Both the position numbers and the translations under genes were made by a program. Shown piece by piece: positions 28,455 to 38,530 of a stretch of 64,000 nt of DNA; position 1 is the first letter of the stretch, and every line of letters begins with the position of its first letter. Below the pieces are notes generated by a model. That model did no database searches. It was not told the origin of the DNA and saw only the letters and a program-made list of their open reading frames with translations. This DNA comes from Acidimicrobiales bacterium MED-G01 (GTDB lineage: Bacteria; Actinomycetota; Acidimicrobiia; Acidimicrobiales; Poriferisodalaceae). The stretch is from positions 53,838-117,837 of the forward strand of contig NTLA01000004.1 in the NCBI GenBank assembly GCA_002457435.1. The letters run 5' to 3'.

Positions 28455-29490
28455 CAGTCACCAACACTTCACACCCTGTGCCGCTCAAAATCTGTACTAC
28501 CGCCTGTCGGTCATCGACAGATAGTTGCCGAAAAGCGTCACGTATCCAACTTAAGCACTTATTTTGATATGCGAACGGCGCCTGTTTGTACTCGCGACCC
28601 TCAATTAGACAGGACAACTCTGGGTTTTCGGCCTCTATGGCTCGCTCGTTTGCTAGCAAGAACGGGGCATATGTGCGGCCTATTTCGGTAAGTAAACTAA
28701 CTAAAGATTCCGGCAGATTGTTCCGCGTGAACCACCCCCCGTTTTCACTGATCTCCAGTGACGACAAATCATCAACCTGGTAGGCCCAAATGACGCTTCT
28801 AGGGCTTCGGTGAGCTGCAATCAGTGAAGAGTCAGGTTCCCAGAAAAATAGCTGGCTGAACTGACCGAATAGACCAAAGTCGCTTCGGCCCGGACGGCTA
28901 CCTAAAAGAAATTGGTGCTCAGTTAAGTGACTTTCTAGCGTCGTAAGAAGCCGAACAAAACTGTCCTCTATAACGTCGCGATTCTGATCTGTAGAGCCAA
29001 CCAAAGCGGTTCTGCTCATCTGTCGGTTAGTAATGAAATCCTTGATTTCACGGTGCTGTTCAGGGTTCATTTGATTGTTCGACATCAAGGGAAGCATGTT
29101 GCCTGCCTTCGCTATGGCATCAACATAAGAGTGATGCCATCGGTAGTGGTACATGATCTTTGTCACCCACTCATCGCCATAATCTTCAATTAGGTGATCA
29201 AAGAACCCAACTACGGGGTCCGCTGGCAGCAGGCTTCTGTCGGAATAATCTTCCTCCAAGCGCAGGATCTGGGGAGACGAATCCACCATCACCTCGGAAT
29301 AATCACCATCTTCATCTCGAAAGGCAAGCATCGGAATGATCGCTACCGGGGGTTTAGGAAACCCTTGGTCCTCTGCCGAACCTCGGACAACCCACCTGTG
29401 TGAAATCCGGCGGTAACGAAGGACGGCACGCATTTTGACGGAATACGGAGATCCATAAGCCCCAACCAAAGTCACATCCCAAGAATTCAT
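28447..29490 (-). CDS. Glutathione S-transferase N-terminal-domain protein
   Basis: GSPYSVKMRAVLRYRRI, DSSPQI, EDYGDEW and FLLGSRP..DFGLFGQ; GGAGG RBS. Confidence 0.8.
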   Translation of the reverse strand: MNSWDVTLVGAYGSPYSVKMRAVLRYRRISHRWVVRGSAEDQGFPKPPVAIIPMLAFRDEDGDYSEVMVDSSPQILRLEEDYSDRSLLPADPVVGFFDHLIEDYGDEWVTKIMYHYRWHHSYVDAIAKAGNMLPLMSNNQMNPEQHREIKDFITNRQMSRTALVGSTDQNRDVIEDSFVRLLTTLESHLTEHQFLLGSRPGRSDFGLFGQFSQLFFWEPDSSLIAAHRSPRSVIWAYQVDDLSSLEISENGGWFTRNNLPESLVSLLTEIGRTYAPFLLANERAIEAENPELSCLIEGREYKQAPFAYQNKCLSWIRDAFRQLSVDDRQAVVQILSGTGCEVLVTDV

Positions 29491-29613
29491 TGGTTTCCTC
29501 CATCGGACCGAGCTCGCCACCAAGGCCAACACCTGTTACGCGTCTTATCGTGCCGTGGAATCATTACACGTAACACTCAACAGCGATCGCTCAATCGAAG
29601 CTACGTTTGTGAC

Positions 29614-30402
29614 ATGAGCGAACGAGATCTAATTGTCAGCAATCTTGATGTTTGTTGGGAGAGCGTTGTTGAATTCCTGAGCAAACTTGACAGTGCCCAA
29701 TGGCAGACCCAATCGCTATGCCCCGATTGGACGGTCAGAGGTGTCGCCGCGCACATGGTGTCAGTAGAACAGGCCTTGTCGAACTGGTTGCCATCCGGCT
29801 TAGATACCCCTCCCCCTTTCGAAAAGGTTGGGGGTTACTTTGAAGCCGCAATGCAGATGCCGGATGGGGAGCTAGTTGCGCATATGCAGCGCACCTTTGA
29901 CATCCGGCGACAAAATCTTTCCGAAACAACAGAAGACGACTTCGCTAACCCAAGCGTTACTCCTGTGGGCCCTGCCACCTACGGACGTTTCATGGCTGTG
30001 CGCGAATTCGACTTCTGGATGCACGAGCGGGATTGTCGAACTCCTTTAGGCATCGATACTGATAATGGCGGGCCACATGCAGAAATGGCTCTGAATGAGG
30101 TCCACCTTTCCATCGGGTACATCGCAGGCAAGAAGATTGGACTTACTGAAGGCCAATCAATCCACTTCGATATCACAGGTTCAGTAGAACGGGACATTTA
30201 TGTACGCGTCGAAGAACGTGCTGTTGAGTGTGAACCTATTGATATGCCTACAACCACTCTTCACTGTGACTCAATGGCCTTTATGAATCAGGCCTGTGGC
30301 CGCATCGACCCAGAAGTCGCCATTAGTGAAGGCGCTATTACTTGGTCCGGCGATGTTGAACTCGGCGCTCACGCGGCAAGAAACCTTCGGTTCACTATGT
30401 AA
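29614..30402 (+). CDS. Mycothiol-dependent maleylpyruvate isomerase (MDMPI/DinB) family protein
   Basis: SLCPDWTVRGVAAH and REFDFWMHERD; SCP2-like C-terminus. Confidence 0.85.
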   Translation: MSERDLIVSNLDVCWESVVEFLSKLDSAQWQTQSLCPDWTVRGVAAHMVSVEQALSNWLPSGLDTPPPFEKVGGYFEAAMQMPDGELVAHMQRTFDIRRQNLSETTEDDFANPSVTPVGPATYGRFMAVREFDFWMHERDCRTPLGIDTDNGGPHAEMALNEVHLSIGYIAGKKIGLTEGQSIHFDITGSVERDIYVRVEERAVECEPIDMPTTTLHCDSMAFMNQACGRIDPEVAISEGAITWSGDVELGAHAARNLRFTM

Positions 30403-30415
30403 TTAGTGAAGTTCG

Positions 30416-31288
30416 CTAATCGGTAAAGCTTGAGATCAACGTGGGATTCTTGAGATCTGCTAGTTCTTGGTTGCGGTGATTCACTTCGGCTAGAAGCTCC
30501 GGGTGGCTTAACACCCAAAACCTGCGCTCGTACATTGCATCCAAGACTTGAGACGCGACTTGTCCCGGGTCCATACCTTTCTCTAACGCTGCAGCTATCG
30601 CCGCATTTCGAGCACGCGCTTCTTCCGGTGCCTTCGATGTTTGATCAACGGACTCATCGCGTTTTCGACGAAGATGGTCAGGCCGATTTCTTTGGGCCGT
30701 AGCAATGTTTGTCCTCACAACTCCGGGACAAAGCACTGATACCCCGACGTCCGCATCAAGGTCACGCTCCATCTCATGGTGCAATGTCTCCATAATTGCG
30801 ACCACTCCGAACTTTGCTGCGTTGTAGGGGGCCAGGCCAGGCACCGCCATAAGACCAGCTACCGAAGCGGTGCTCATCACATGGCTTTCTTCGGCCTCAA
30901 TCAAGTGGGGCAAGAAATGATGTAATCCATGAATCACACCCCATAAGGAAACGTCGATAACCCACTTCCAATCAACGAGCTGCTGATTCTTGACCAGTCC
31001 CCCACCACCTACTCCCGCGTTATTGCAGAGAATATTGACACCTCCGAATGTTTCGAGCGTCGCAGCGCACAACGCAGCGACAGAATTTTCATCTGTCACA
31101 TCGGTCTTGACTGCAAGAACCTGCGCACCAAGGGTCTCAATTTCGGTTCTCGTTACCGCAAGAGCCTCATCTTCGACGTCGGCGAGCACAACCTTCGCTC
31201 CCTCGGCAGCGAACGCGAGCGACAAAGCTTTCCCAATGCCGGACCCTGCACCTGTGACGACGGCTACGCGCCCTTTCATCGTCTCCAT
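30416..31288 (-). CDS. SDR family oxidoreductase
   Basis: TGAGSGIG, NNAGV, YNAAK and LCPGVV. Confidence 0.9.
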   Translation of the reverse strand: METMKGRVAVVTGAGSGIGKALSLAFAAEGAKVVLADVEDEALAVTRTEIETLGAQVLAVKTDVTDENSVAALCAATLETFGGVNILCNNAGVGGGGLVKNQQLVDWKWVIDVSLWGVIHGLHHFLPHLIEAEESHVMSTASVAGLMAVPGLAPYNAAKFGVVAIMETLHHEMERDLDADVGVSVLCPGVVRTNIATAQRNRPDHLRRKRDESVDQTSKAPEEARARNAAIAAALEKGMDPGQVASQVLDAMYERRFWVLSHPELLAEVNHRNQELADLKNPTLISSFTD

Positions 31289-31341
31289 GACTTCCCCGTT
31301 TCTCTACCTCTCACAAACCTTCGACACCGTCTGCAGTTGCC

Positions 31342-32484
31342 TCACCTATTCAATTCCTCGAAGCGTTCAATAACATCGAGATATTCGGTGATCATGTCTT
31401 CCACTACTCGCGTCGCAGAAATTGATTCGTTCATAGATCCGACAATTTGGCCGACAAAATAGTTCGATAATTCAACAGCACCCTTGTTCTCAGGATTCAT
31501 TGCTGCCCGATCGACTTGGCGGCTCGCGTGCGCAATCAACATCGGCTGGAGGGGCATCGGCAAAGTACCGGGCGAAGATTCTCCTTCCCATTCATCAGTC
31601 CACGCAGAACGCAACTGACGGGCGGGCTTGCCCGTTCGAGAGCGCGATCGCAGCGTGTCAGACGATGTGGCGGCAAGAAATTTGTCCTTGACGACTGGAT
31701 GGGTCTCGGCTTCTAAGGTCGTAAGCCAAACCGAACCACACCAAACCCCCTGGGCCCCTAAAGCGATTGAGGCAGCTACCTGCCGCCCACTTCCTATGCC
31801 TCCCGCCGCCAGCACAGGCGTCGGCGCCACGGCATCAACTATTTCTGGAACAAGGACCATCGTCCCGATATCGCCCGTATGTCCACCGGCTTCATGACCC
31901 TGAGCAATGATGATGTCGACACCCGCCGCAACATGACGCACCGCATGAGCTTTCTTACCGGCAAGCGCACCAACCAGTACTCCATTTGCGTGGGCCCGTT
32001 CGATCATGTCTGGAGGGGGAGGGCCGAGAGCATTGACAATCAGTTTGATCGGATGAGAAAACGCGACGTCCATTAGAGGTACCGCCTGCGCATACGTCAT
32101 TGGTGGTTCCGTCTCGACCGGTACCCCTCTTCCGTCAGTCGAGTCCTGCTTTGGCAATGGAGGAACGGCGTAGCGTTCCATCATGTCTTCGACGAAATCA
32201 CGGTGACCCTGCGGAATCATTTCACTGAGATCACCTAAAGATTTCCCACCTTCCGAAGAGCCTTCATATTTGGCCGGAACGATGATGTCGACGCCAAAGG
32301 GCTTATCGCCAACCTCATCTCGGATCCATTGCAAATCCACATCGAGTTGTTCGGGAGTGTGACCAGCAGCGCCAAGCACACCAAAGCCTCCGGCTTTAGT
32401 GACAGCAGCAACCACATCTCGACAATGGGTGAACGCGAGGATCGGAACATCCACGCCAAGCATTTCGCAGACAGGTGTCTTCAT
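31342..32484 (-). CDS. Nitronate monooxygenase / FabK-like FMN oxidoreductase
   Basis: AFTHCRDVVAAV, AQGHEAGGHTG, AAGGIGSG and SRTGKPAR. Confidence 0.88.
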   Translation of the reverse strand: MKTPVCEMLGVDVPILAFTHCRDVVAAVTKAGGFGVLGAAGHTPEQLDVDLQWIRDEVGDKPFGVDIIVPAKYEGSSEGGKSLGDLSEMIPQGHRDFVEDMMERYAVPPLPKQDSTDGRGVPVETEPPMTYAQAVPLMDVAFSHPIKLIVNALGPPPPDMIERAHANGVLVGALAGKKAHAVRHVAAGVDIIIAQGHEAGGHTGDIGTMVLVPEIVDAVAPTPVLAAGGIGSGRQVAASIALGAQGVWCGSVWLTTLEAETHPVVKDKFLAATSSDTLRSRSRTGKPARQLRSAWTDEWEGESSPGTLPMPLQPMLIAHASRQVDRAAMNPENKGAVELSNYFVGQIVGSMNESISATRVVEDMITEYLDVIERFEELNR

Positions 32485-32646
32485 AAACTCGAAACTAGGC
32501 GGCCGATAAGGTTCATGCCCGCTAGATGGTCTCATTCACTAAGAAATGAAGTAATTTCTGCACCGATCATCATCAAATTTTGCCGATTTTCGAGATAAAT
32601 CCAAAGAGGAGTCGGTATCCGGCCTCAACACTGCGAAAATGATCTC

Positions 32647-33543
32647 ATGAGTATCACAGCGATTGGCCATAGCTACTTCGATCTCGAAACAGAAACCCAA
32701 CTTGACGTCTGGTATCCAAACGCAAATGTCGACCCCAAGAGATCGTGTATGGCCGAGAAACTTGGCCTTACCCAAGGCCGATTAGTCGAGACAACTATCG
32801 AGGATCTAAACGCGCCAGCTGTCGATCTCGCGGACGCTTATCTCAGACTGCATCTGCTGAGTCGTAGAGAGATCCAACCGCATGGTGCCAACCTCGACGG
32901 GGTTTTTGGTTTGCTCACCAACTGCGCCTGGACCAATGCAGGGCCAGTTCTGCCCGAGAGCGTTGGCGACCTACAGGGCCGTGCAGCGACAATAAATCTC
33001 AATATTTCAGTGACTTCAGTGGACAAATTCCCACGAATGACCGACTACGTCATTCCTTCAGGTGTGCGCATTGCTGATGCCGACAGAGTACGTCTTGGGG
33101 CGCATCTGGCCGAAGGTACGACTGTGATGCATGAAGGGTTCTGCAACTTCAATGCAGGAACTCTCGGCCCATCAATGGTGGAAGGAAGAATTAGTGCTGG
33201 AGTGGTTGTTGGCGCTAACAGCGATATCGGTGGCAGCGCCTCAATAATGGGGACTCTGTCGGGTGGCGGTAAAGAAACGATTGCCGTAGGCGAGAATTGC
33301 CTTTTAGGCGCAAATTCTGGAATAGGCATATCGCTGGGCGACAACTGCACGGTCGAAGCAGGATGTTACGTGACCGCTGGAAGCCAAGTAACTCTTCCCG
33401 ATGGATCAGTCGTGAAGGGAAAAGACTTGTCGGGTAGATCAGGGATGCTGCTAATTCGCAACAGCTTCTCAGGTGCTATCGAGATGCGAGTTCTTGATCC
33501 CGATAAGTGGGATGGGATCAACGAGGCGCTGCACGATAACTAG
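32647..33543 (+). CDS. dapD: Tetrahydrodipicolinate N-succinyltransferase (actinobacterial type)
   Basis: DAYLRLHLLS, VDKFPRMTDYV and RVRLGAHLAEGTTVMHEGFCNFNAGT. Confidence 0.95.
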   Translation: MSITAIGHSYFDLETETQLDVWYPNANVDPKRSCMAEKLGLTQGRLVETTIEDLNAPAVDLADAYLRLHLLSRREIQPHGANLDGVFGLLTNCAWTNAGPVLPESVGDLQGRAATINLNISVTSVDKFPRMTDYVIPSGVRIADADRVRLGAHLAEGTTVMHEGFCNFNAGTLGPSMVEGRISAGVVVGANSDIGGSASIMGTLSGGGKETIAVGENCLLGANSGIGISLGDNCTVEAGCYVTAGSQVTLPDGSVVKGKDLSGRSGMLLIRNSFSGAIEMRVLDPDKWDGINEALHDN

Positions 33544-33604
33544 CTAAAGGCACGTGCACCACCAGCGCTACTACGCTTCGGTGCAATAAACGAGGAGGCA
33601 ACGA

Positions 33605-34786
33605 ATGGCCTATGTGACAGATCGCATAATTCACGACGCCGATGCTCACACAATGGAACCTCCAGAGTGGCTGGATGAATTCGGCTCTAGGAAGGTTCAG
33701 GACTACGCCCGAACAAAGTTTTTCGCCAACGAAGAAAGCCCAATTTTCAGTGAGATAGATCACTGCCGCACTCTTCACCTAGATCCTGATTTTCGGGCAT
33801 CGGCTGGACAAGAAATCATGCTTCGAAAGAACTACCGAGCACATGGTGCTTGGGATTCCATCGACCGCAGCGAGGCTTTGGACCATATGGGCTTCGCTAG
33901 CCAGCTCGTGTTCCCAACTATGCCCAACACCCTTTTGGAAGTCATGGAACATGAGGCCCCGGCAAGTCTCACCTACGAGGTAGCTTCTGCTGCCAACCGC
34001 GCGCAAATCGCTTTCTGCGAAGGGGACCCGCGGCTATTGCCAGTCGCCTATATTCCGCTTCAAGACTTGGATTTGGCTACCCCATGCGCCAGCGAGGCCA
34101 TCGAGGCTGGAGCTGCTTCGCTGCTGATTCCTAATCGTATGCCTAAAGACCATGCCCATAGCCATATCGCTTTTGACGGAATTTGGGCCCGCGCACAAGA
34201 AGCTGGCATACCCATCGTGATGCATGTTGCGACTCCGGACCTGGTGATGCCACCGCAGCACAGAAATAACGGTCTACCGCCTGAGCCAGACTTTCATGGA
34301 GGCAGCGAGAACTTTAGATCTGTCTCCTACATGAGCATTTCGTCACCACCCGTGCAAGCTCTTTCCACCCTCATCTTCGATGGTGTTTTCGACAGATTTC
34401 CTAATCTAAAAATGGGAGTGATAGAACTCGGAGCGGCATGGCTACCGTCATTCATGCGGCAACTTGAAGCAGCCTTCGAGGCCTTCGGGCGTCACGAAAG
34501 CCGCCTACAGAATCTGGGACTACGACCATCGGAATACGTTCATCGACAAATTCGAGTTACTCCATTTCCTACCGAACCGACGGGCTGGATAATCGAAAAC
34601 ACCGGAGATGAGATCTGCATGTTCAGTTCTGACTTCCCACATGTCGAAGGTGGCCGCAATCCACTGCGACGTTTCGACACCGAGGTGGAAGCCTTTTCGG
34701 TTGAAACTAAAGACAAGTTTTTCCGCCTGAACTTCGAAGATCTCATGGGCTCTGCTATGTCTGATCTCCTAAGCAACTCTCGCTGA
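33605..34786 (+). CDS. Amidohydrolase-2 family protein
   Basis: DADAHTME, GVFDRFPNLK, IELGAAW and FSSDFPHVEG; GAGGAGG RBS. Confidence 0.88.
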   Translation: MAYVTDRIIHDADAHTMEPPEWLDEFGSRKVQDYARTKFFANEESPIFSEIDHCRTLHLDPDFRASAGQEIMLRKNYRAHGAWDSIDRSEALDHMGFASQLVFPTMPNTLLEVMEHEAPASLTYEVASAANRAQIAFCEGDPRLLPVAYIPLQDLDLATPCASEAIEAGAASLLIPNRMPKDHAHSHIAFDGIWARAQEAGIPIVMHVATPDLVMPPQHRNNGLPPEPDFHGGSENFRSVSYMSISSPPVQALSTLIFDGVFDRFPNLKMGVIELGAAWLPSFMRQLEAAFEAFGRHESRLQNLGLRPSEYVHRQIRVTPFPTEPTGWIIENTGDEICMFSSDFPHVEGGRNPLRRFDTEVEAFSVETKDKFFRLNFEDLMGSAMSDLLSNSR

Positions 34787-34787
34787 C

Positions 34788-35123
34788 ATGGGTATCCGAC
34801 TCGAAAAAGCCTGGATGGACCTCAACGCCGCCACTATTGCTTCACTTCCCGCTCAACTAGGGGTGTACCAGGTGGCCGATTCCCAAGGCACTGTCCTGTC
34901 CGTCGGCTATGCGGGAGCCAGACATCTTTTCGGAATCCGCAGCGCACTCGAAGAAGAACTTCATTTACATGGTGATCGCGCAACGAAATTTCGTTTTGAA
35001 TTCACTTCGAACTACCGAAGTCGTTGGGATGAGCTTCTAATGCTCCATCTATACGACCACGGACAACTTCCAAGTCACCAACAGGCCGAACAAAGCCGAG
35101 TTGGCCGACTATCCCCCAACTGA
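34788..35123 (+). CDS. Small hypothetical protein with a GIY-YIG-like signature
   Basis: LPAQLGVYQVAD..VLSVGYAG..GIRSAL; starts 1 nt after the upstream stop. Confidence 0.7.
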   Translation: MGIRLEKAWMDLNAATIASLPAQLGVYQVADSQGTVLSVGYAGARHLFGIRSALEEELHLHGDRATKFRFEFTSNYRSRWDELLMLHLYDHGQLPSHQQAEQSRVGRLSPN

Positions 35124-35132
35124 GAGGTCAAC

Positions 35133-36299
35133 ATGGACTTCAGCCTTAACGAAGAGCAACAGCTAATAGTGGAGACCACCCGGCGTTTTGTTCAAAGTGA
35201 GATCCTGCCTTTGGAGGATCACCTAGACCCGGACGCCGGCTCATTGGAGCCAGCTGATCAAGACCGGCTCGTTGCGATGACCAAATCTATGGGTTTCTAC
35301 GGTTTAGACATCCCCGAAGAATACGGTGGTCCAGGACTTGACACCACCACTCGTGCCTTAATGGCAATTGAAATGTCCCAGCATCGAGCCGGCCTGTATA
35401 ACCCCTGCTACGGAGTGTTTGGAGGCGCTGGCCTCGCCCAACTTTACGAAGCTACTGATGCCCAAAAGGAACGTTGGCTCTACCCCACTCTTCGCGGTGA
35501 AAAAAAAGGTTGCTTTGCTTTGACCGAGCCGTCAGGGGGTTCCGACCCGGCTCGTGCTATCCAAACTCGGGGAATCAAAGACGGAGGCGAATGGGTCCTG
35601 AGCGGATCGAAGCTCTACATTTCAGGTGCTGACAAAGCCGACTACGCGTTGATCTTCGCTCGCACTTCTGATGATCCGGGTCGCAACGGGGTAACGGCTT
35701 TCATCGTTGACACCGACACCCCCGGCTTCTATGTGCGCCGAGTGGTGCATACCTTGCGTGCAACTCATTACGCAACAGAGTTGCAATTCGATGAAATGCG
35801 AGTTCCGGAGGAAAATATTCTCGGTGAAGTAAACGGTGGTTTCGCGATAGCTAACGATCGACTTAGTCGACAGCGGATCCCCTACGCCGCAGGGTGCATT
35901 GGGCCCGCGATCAGGGCGCAAGAAATGTCGATCGACTGGGCAAAGAATCGCGAGACATTCGGTTCCCCCCTCGCCGAAAAGCAGGCTATTCAGTGGATGA
36001 TCGTGGACAACGAAATCGATATTCGTCACTCCCGTTATTGCGTTCTCGAAGCTGCACAAAAAGCCGATAGCGGAGAACGATTTAGAACCGAAGCCGCCAT
36101 GGCAAAGTTAGTGGCGACAGAAGCAAGCAGCAGGGTCATCGACCGCTGCATCCAGATTCACGGCGGAGTTGGAGTCACAAAAGATCTACCGCTCGAACGG
36201 TGGTACCGCGAACTGAGGATTCGGCGTGTAGGAGAAGGACCAAGCGAGGTACAACGACTGATCATGGCTCGCGACATTCTTGGCGGGAGCTTCAAATGA
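35133..36299 (+). CDS. Acyl-CoA dehydrogenase
   Basis: IPEEYGG, FALTEPSGGSD, GSKLYIS, QIHGG and RVGEGPSEVQR. Confidence 0.93.
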   Translation: MDFSLNEEQQLIVETTRRFVQSEILPLEDHLDPDAGSLEPADQDRLVAMTKSMGFYGLDIPEEYGGPGLDTTTRALMAIEMSQHRAGLYNPCYGVFGGAGLAQLYEATDAQKERWLYPTLRGEKKGCFALTEPSGGSDPARAIQTRGIKDGGEWVLSGSKLYISGADKADYALIFARTSDDPGRNGVTAFIVDTDTPGFYVRRVVHTLRATHYATELQFDEMRVPEENILGEVNGGFAIANDRLSRQRIPYAAGCIGPAIRAQEMSIDWAKNRETFGSPLAEKQAIQWMIVDNEIDIRHSRYCVLEAAQKADSGERFRTEAAMAKLVATEASSRVIDRCIQIHGGVGVTKDLPLERWYRELRIRRVGEGPSEVQRLIMARDILGGSFK

Positions 36300-37483
36300 G
36301 TGACAACGATCGGGCTCTTCCTTTGGACGGTGTCACAGTGCTCGATCTGGGTCAGATCTATCAGGGGCCGTACGCTGGCTTCCTACTTTCCATGGCTGGG
36401 GCTCGCGTCATCAAGATCGAACAGACTCGCGGCGAACCGCTGCGCGCGCGAGGCGATTCAATCTCATATGCAGCCCTTAATTCTTCAAAAGAGGCCATCA
36501 CTTTGGACCTCAAATCCGATGATGGTCACGAAATGTTTTTGGGGCTCGTGAGAAGGGCAGATGTTGTACTCGTCAATTACGCGCCTGGAGTTCCTGAGAA
36601 ACTCGGCATAGACGCCGAATCGCTTTGGAAAATTAACCCCGCACTTGTGTTCGCCCATGCCTCAGGCTTCGGGTTAACCGGTCCAGATGCGACCCAAACG
36701 GCAATGGATATCACAGTGCAGGCACATATGGGCCCGATGAGCGTCACTGGGCATCCCGATCAACCTCCCGTCAAAGCAGGTGTCGCGTTCATTGATTTTC
36801 TGGGGGGTACTCACCTCTATGGAGCAATCGTTACGGCGTTGCTCGACGTGGAGCGAACAGGGAAAGGACGTTCGGTGGAAACATCGATGGCAGAGGCCGC
36901 GTATCACACGCTCTGTTCAAACATGCTGTCGTGGCACGAAACAGGGACCGCCCCGCGAACGGGCAACAAGCATGCAGCCATGGGTGTTGCTCCCTATGAC
37001 GTATATCCATGCTCAGATGGACACATCGCTCTGATCTCAGTCACAAACAAACATTGGCGTGCGCTGCTCAACATCATTGACAGAACTGACCTTCTTGCTG
37101 AACCAAGGTTTCGACATAACACCGATCGGGCCGCAAACATGGAAGAAGTTGATCAATTAGTTGAGCAGTGGACCAAGAACCGCCCGCGCGATGAAGTGGC
37201 GTCACGATTGTCCGAAGCTGGTGTTCCTGTAGCTATCGTCAGAGGCGTCGACGAAGTCGTCAACGACTCACATCTGATTGAACGCCAGTTTCTTCAGTGG
37301 GTTGACCATGAAACTCTGGGAGAAATCCCTCTTCCACACAGTCCTCTCAGGTTTCACGGCTCTCAGCTTCGGGAGCTTGAGATCTTTCATCCTGTCGGCG
37401 GAGACAACGAGGCAATTTACGCTGAGTTGTTAGGTCTGACTCCTACAGAAATCGAAGAGCGTCGTCAACGCGGCGTGATTTAA
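36296..37483 (+). CDS. CaiB/BaiF class III CoA-transferase
   Basis: LDLGQIYQGPY, ARVIKIE, AMDITVQA and RTGN; ATGA overlap at 36296. Confidence 0.9.
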   Translation: MSDNDRALPLDGVTVLDLGQIYQGPYAGFLLSMAGARVIKIEQTRGEPLRARGDSISYAALNSSKEAITLDLKSDDGHEMFLGLVRRADVVLVNYAPGVPEKLGIDAESLWKINPALVFAHASGFGLTGPDATQTAMDITVQAHMGPMSVTGHPDQPPVKAGVAFIDFLGGTHLYGAIVTALLDVERTGKGRSVETSMAEAAYHTLCSNMLSWHETGTAPRTGNKHAAMGVAPYDVYPCSDGHIALISVTNKHWRALLNIIDRTDLLAEPRFRHNTDRAANMEEVDQLVEQWTKNRPRDEVASRLSEAGVPVAIVRGVDEVVNDSHLIERQFLQWVDHETLGEIPLPHSPLRFHGSQLRELEIFHPVGGDNEAIYAELLGLTPTEIEERRQRGVI

Positions 37484-38208
37484 ACGACATCGATATTTTC
37501 TTTTTCGTTTGCTTTGTCGATCAGCCAAGGAAAGACCGCTTGCGGGTATTTCAGCATTTCGGGATGCCACTGGACTCCAACAATGAGCCCGCTCGTATCT
37601 TCGATTCCCTCAACTGTTCCGTCAGGTGAATAAGCACTGACCTTCAGCCCATGCCCTGGTTGGTCAACTGCTTGGTGGTGAAAAGAATTGACCATCGCCG
37701 TTGGACCATAAAGATCGAACAAAATACTGTCGGCTTCGCATCTAATGGCGTGACGTGTTTGAGTTCGATCCGGAGCCGACTTCGAATGCCCATCGCCTGT
37801 TGACTCATCCAAATGCGGAACCAGGGTGCCTCCAAAGAAGACGTTGATCACTTGAAGACCCCGGCATATGCCGAGCACTGGTATCCCTGCAGTTACTGCC
37901 GCCTCGAGTAACGCGAACTCAAAGGAATCTCGCTCTGATGAAACCATGTAGGAAGTTTCAGTAGGACCATTCCATCGTTCGGGGTCGATATCTCCCCCAC
38001 CGCTGAGAACCAACGCGTCGAGCCGTTCCACATACTCAGAAGGGTTGTCAATTGCTGGAAGTTCAACTGGTAAACCCCCTGCTTCTCGCACCCGGGATGC
38101 GTACTCTCCGAAGAACCAATCCACCGGACTATCAGCTAGATGAGGAGCTCCGGTTGCCAAAACTGAGCCCGCAGAAGTTCGACCGGTAATACCTATAAGT
38201 GGTGCCAC
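37480..38208 (-). CDS. Peptidase C26 / gamma-glutamyl-gamma-aminobutyrate hydrolase family
   Basis: PLIGIT, LSGGGDIDP, LGICRGLQ, VNSFHHQA and GVQWHPE. Confidence 0.9.
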   Translation of the reverse strand: MAPLIGITGRTSAGSVLATGAPHLADSPVDWFFGEYASRVREAGGLPVELPAIDNPSEYVERLDALVLSGGGDIDPERWNGPTETSYMVSSERDSFEFALLEAAVTAGIPVLGICRGLQVINVFFGGTLVPHLDESTGDGHSKSAPDRTQTRHAIRCEADSILFDLYGPTAMVNSFHHQAVDQPGHGLKVSAYSPDGTVEGIEDTSGLIVGVQWHPEMLKYPQAVFPWLIDKANEKENIDVV

Positions 38209-38236
38209 AGCCACGACGGTACGCAAAACTGTGACT

Positions 38237-38524
38237 ATGTACCGAATTTTGCACCTGACTTCTCGTCTGGAAGCCACAAGCTATCTACTTCTCTTAGCCG
38301 CAACCGCCGTGAAGTACGGTGCGGGATATGACCGCGGAGTGACTCTTATCGGGCCGATACATGGAGTCCTCTACCTCATCTTCGTGGCAGTCATAGTCCG
38401 CTGGTTCACTGATATGACGTGGAGCTTTAGAAAAGCTTTAGCCGCCATGGTGCTGGGATCTATACCTCTCGGGGGTTTCTTAGTCGACCGTTGGATCGGT
38501 GTCTCCGCCGGTCAATTGAAGTAA
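38237..38524 (+). CDS. DUF3817-type small membrane protein
   Basis: LEATSYLLLL, GPIHGVLY and IPLGGF; hydrophobic. Confidence 0.75.
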   Translation: MYRILHLTSRLEATSYLLLLAATAVKYGAGYDRGVTLIGPIHGVLYLIFVAVIVRWFTDMTWSFRKALAAMVLGSIPLGGFLVDRWIGVSAGQLK

Positions 38525-38530
38525 ACGAAT

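Noticed and set aside
32485-32646. Lysine riboswitch upstream of dapD, and ORF 32539-32775
   Set aside because: Only a weak G-U-rich hairpin, with no L-box consensus visible; the ORF overlaps dapD antisense
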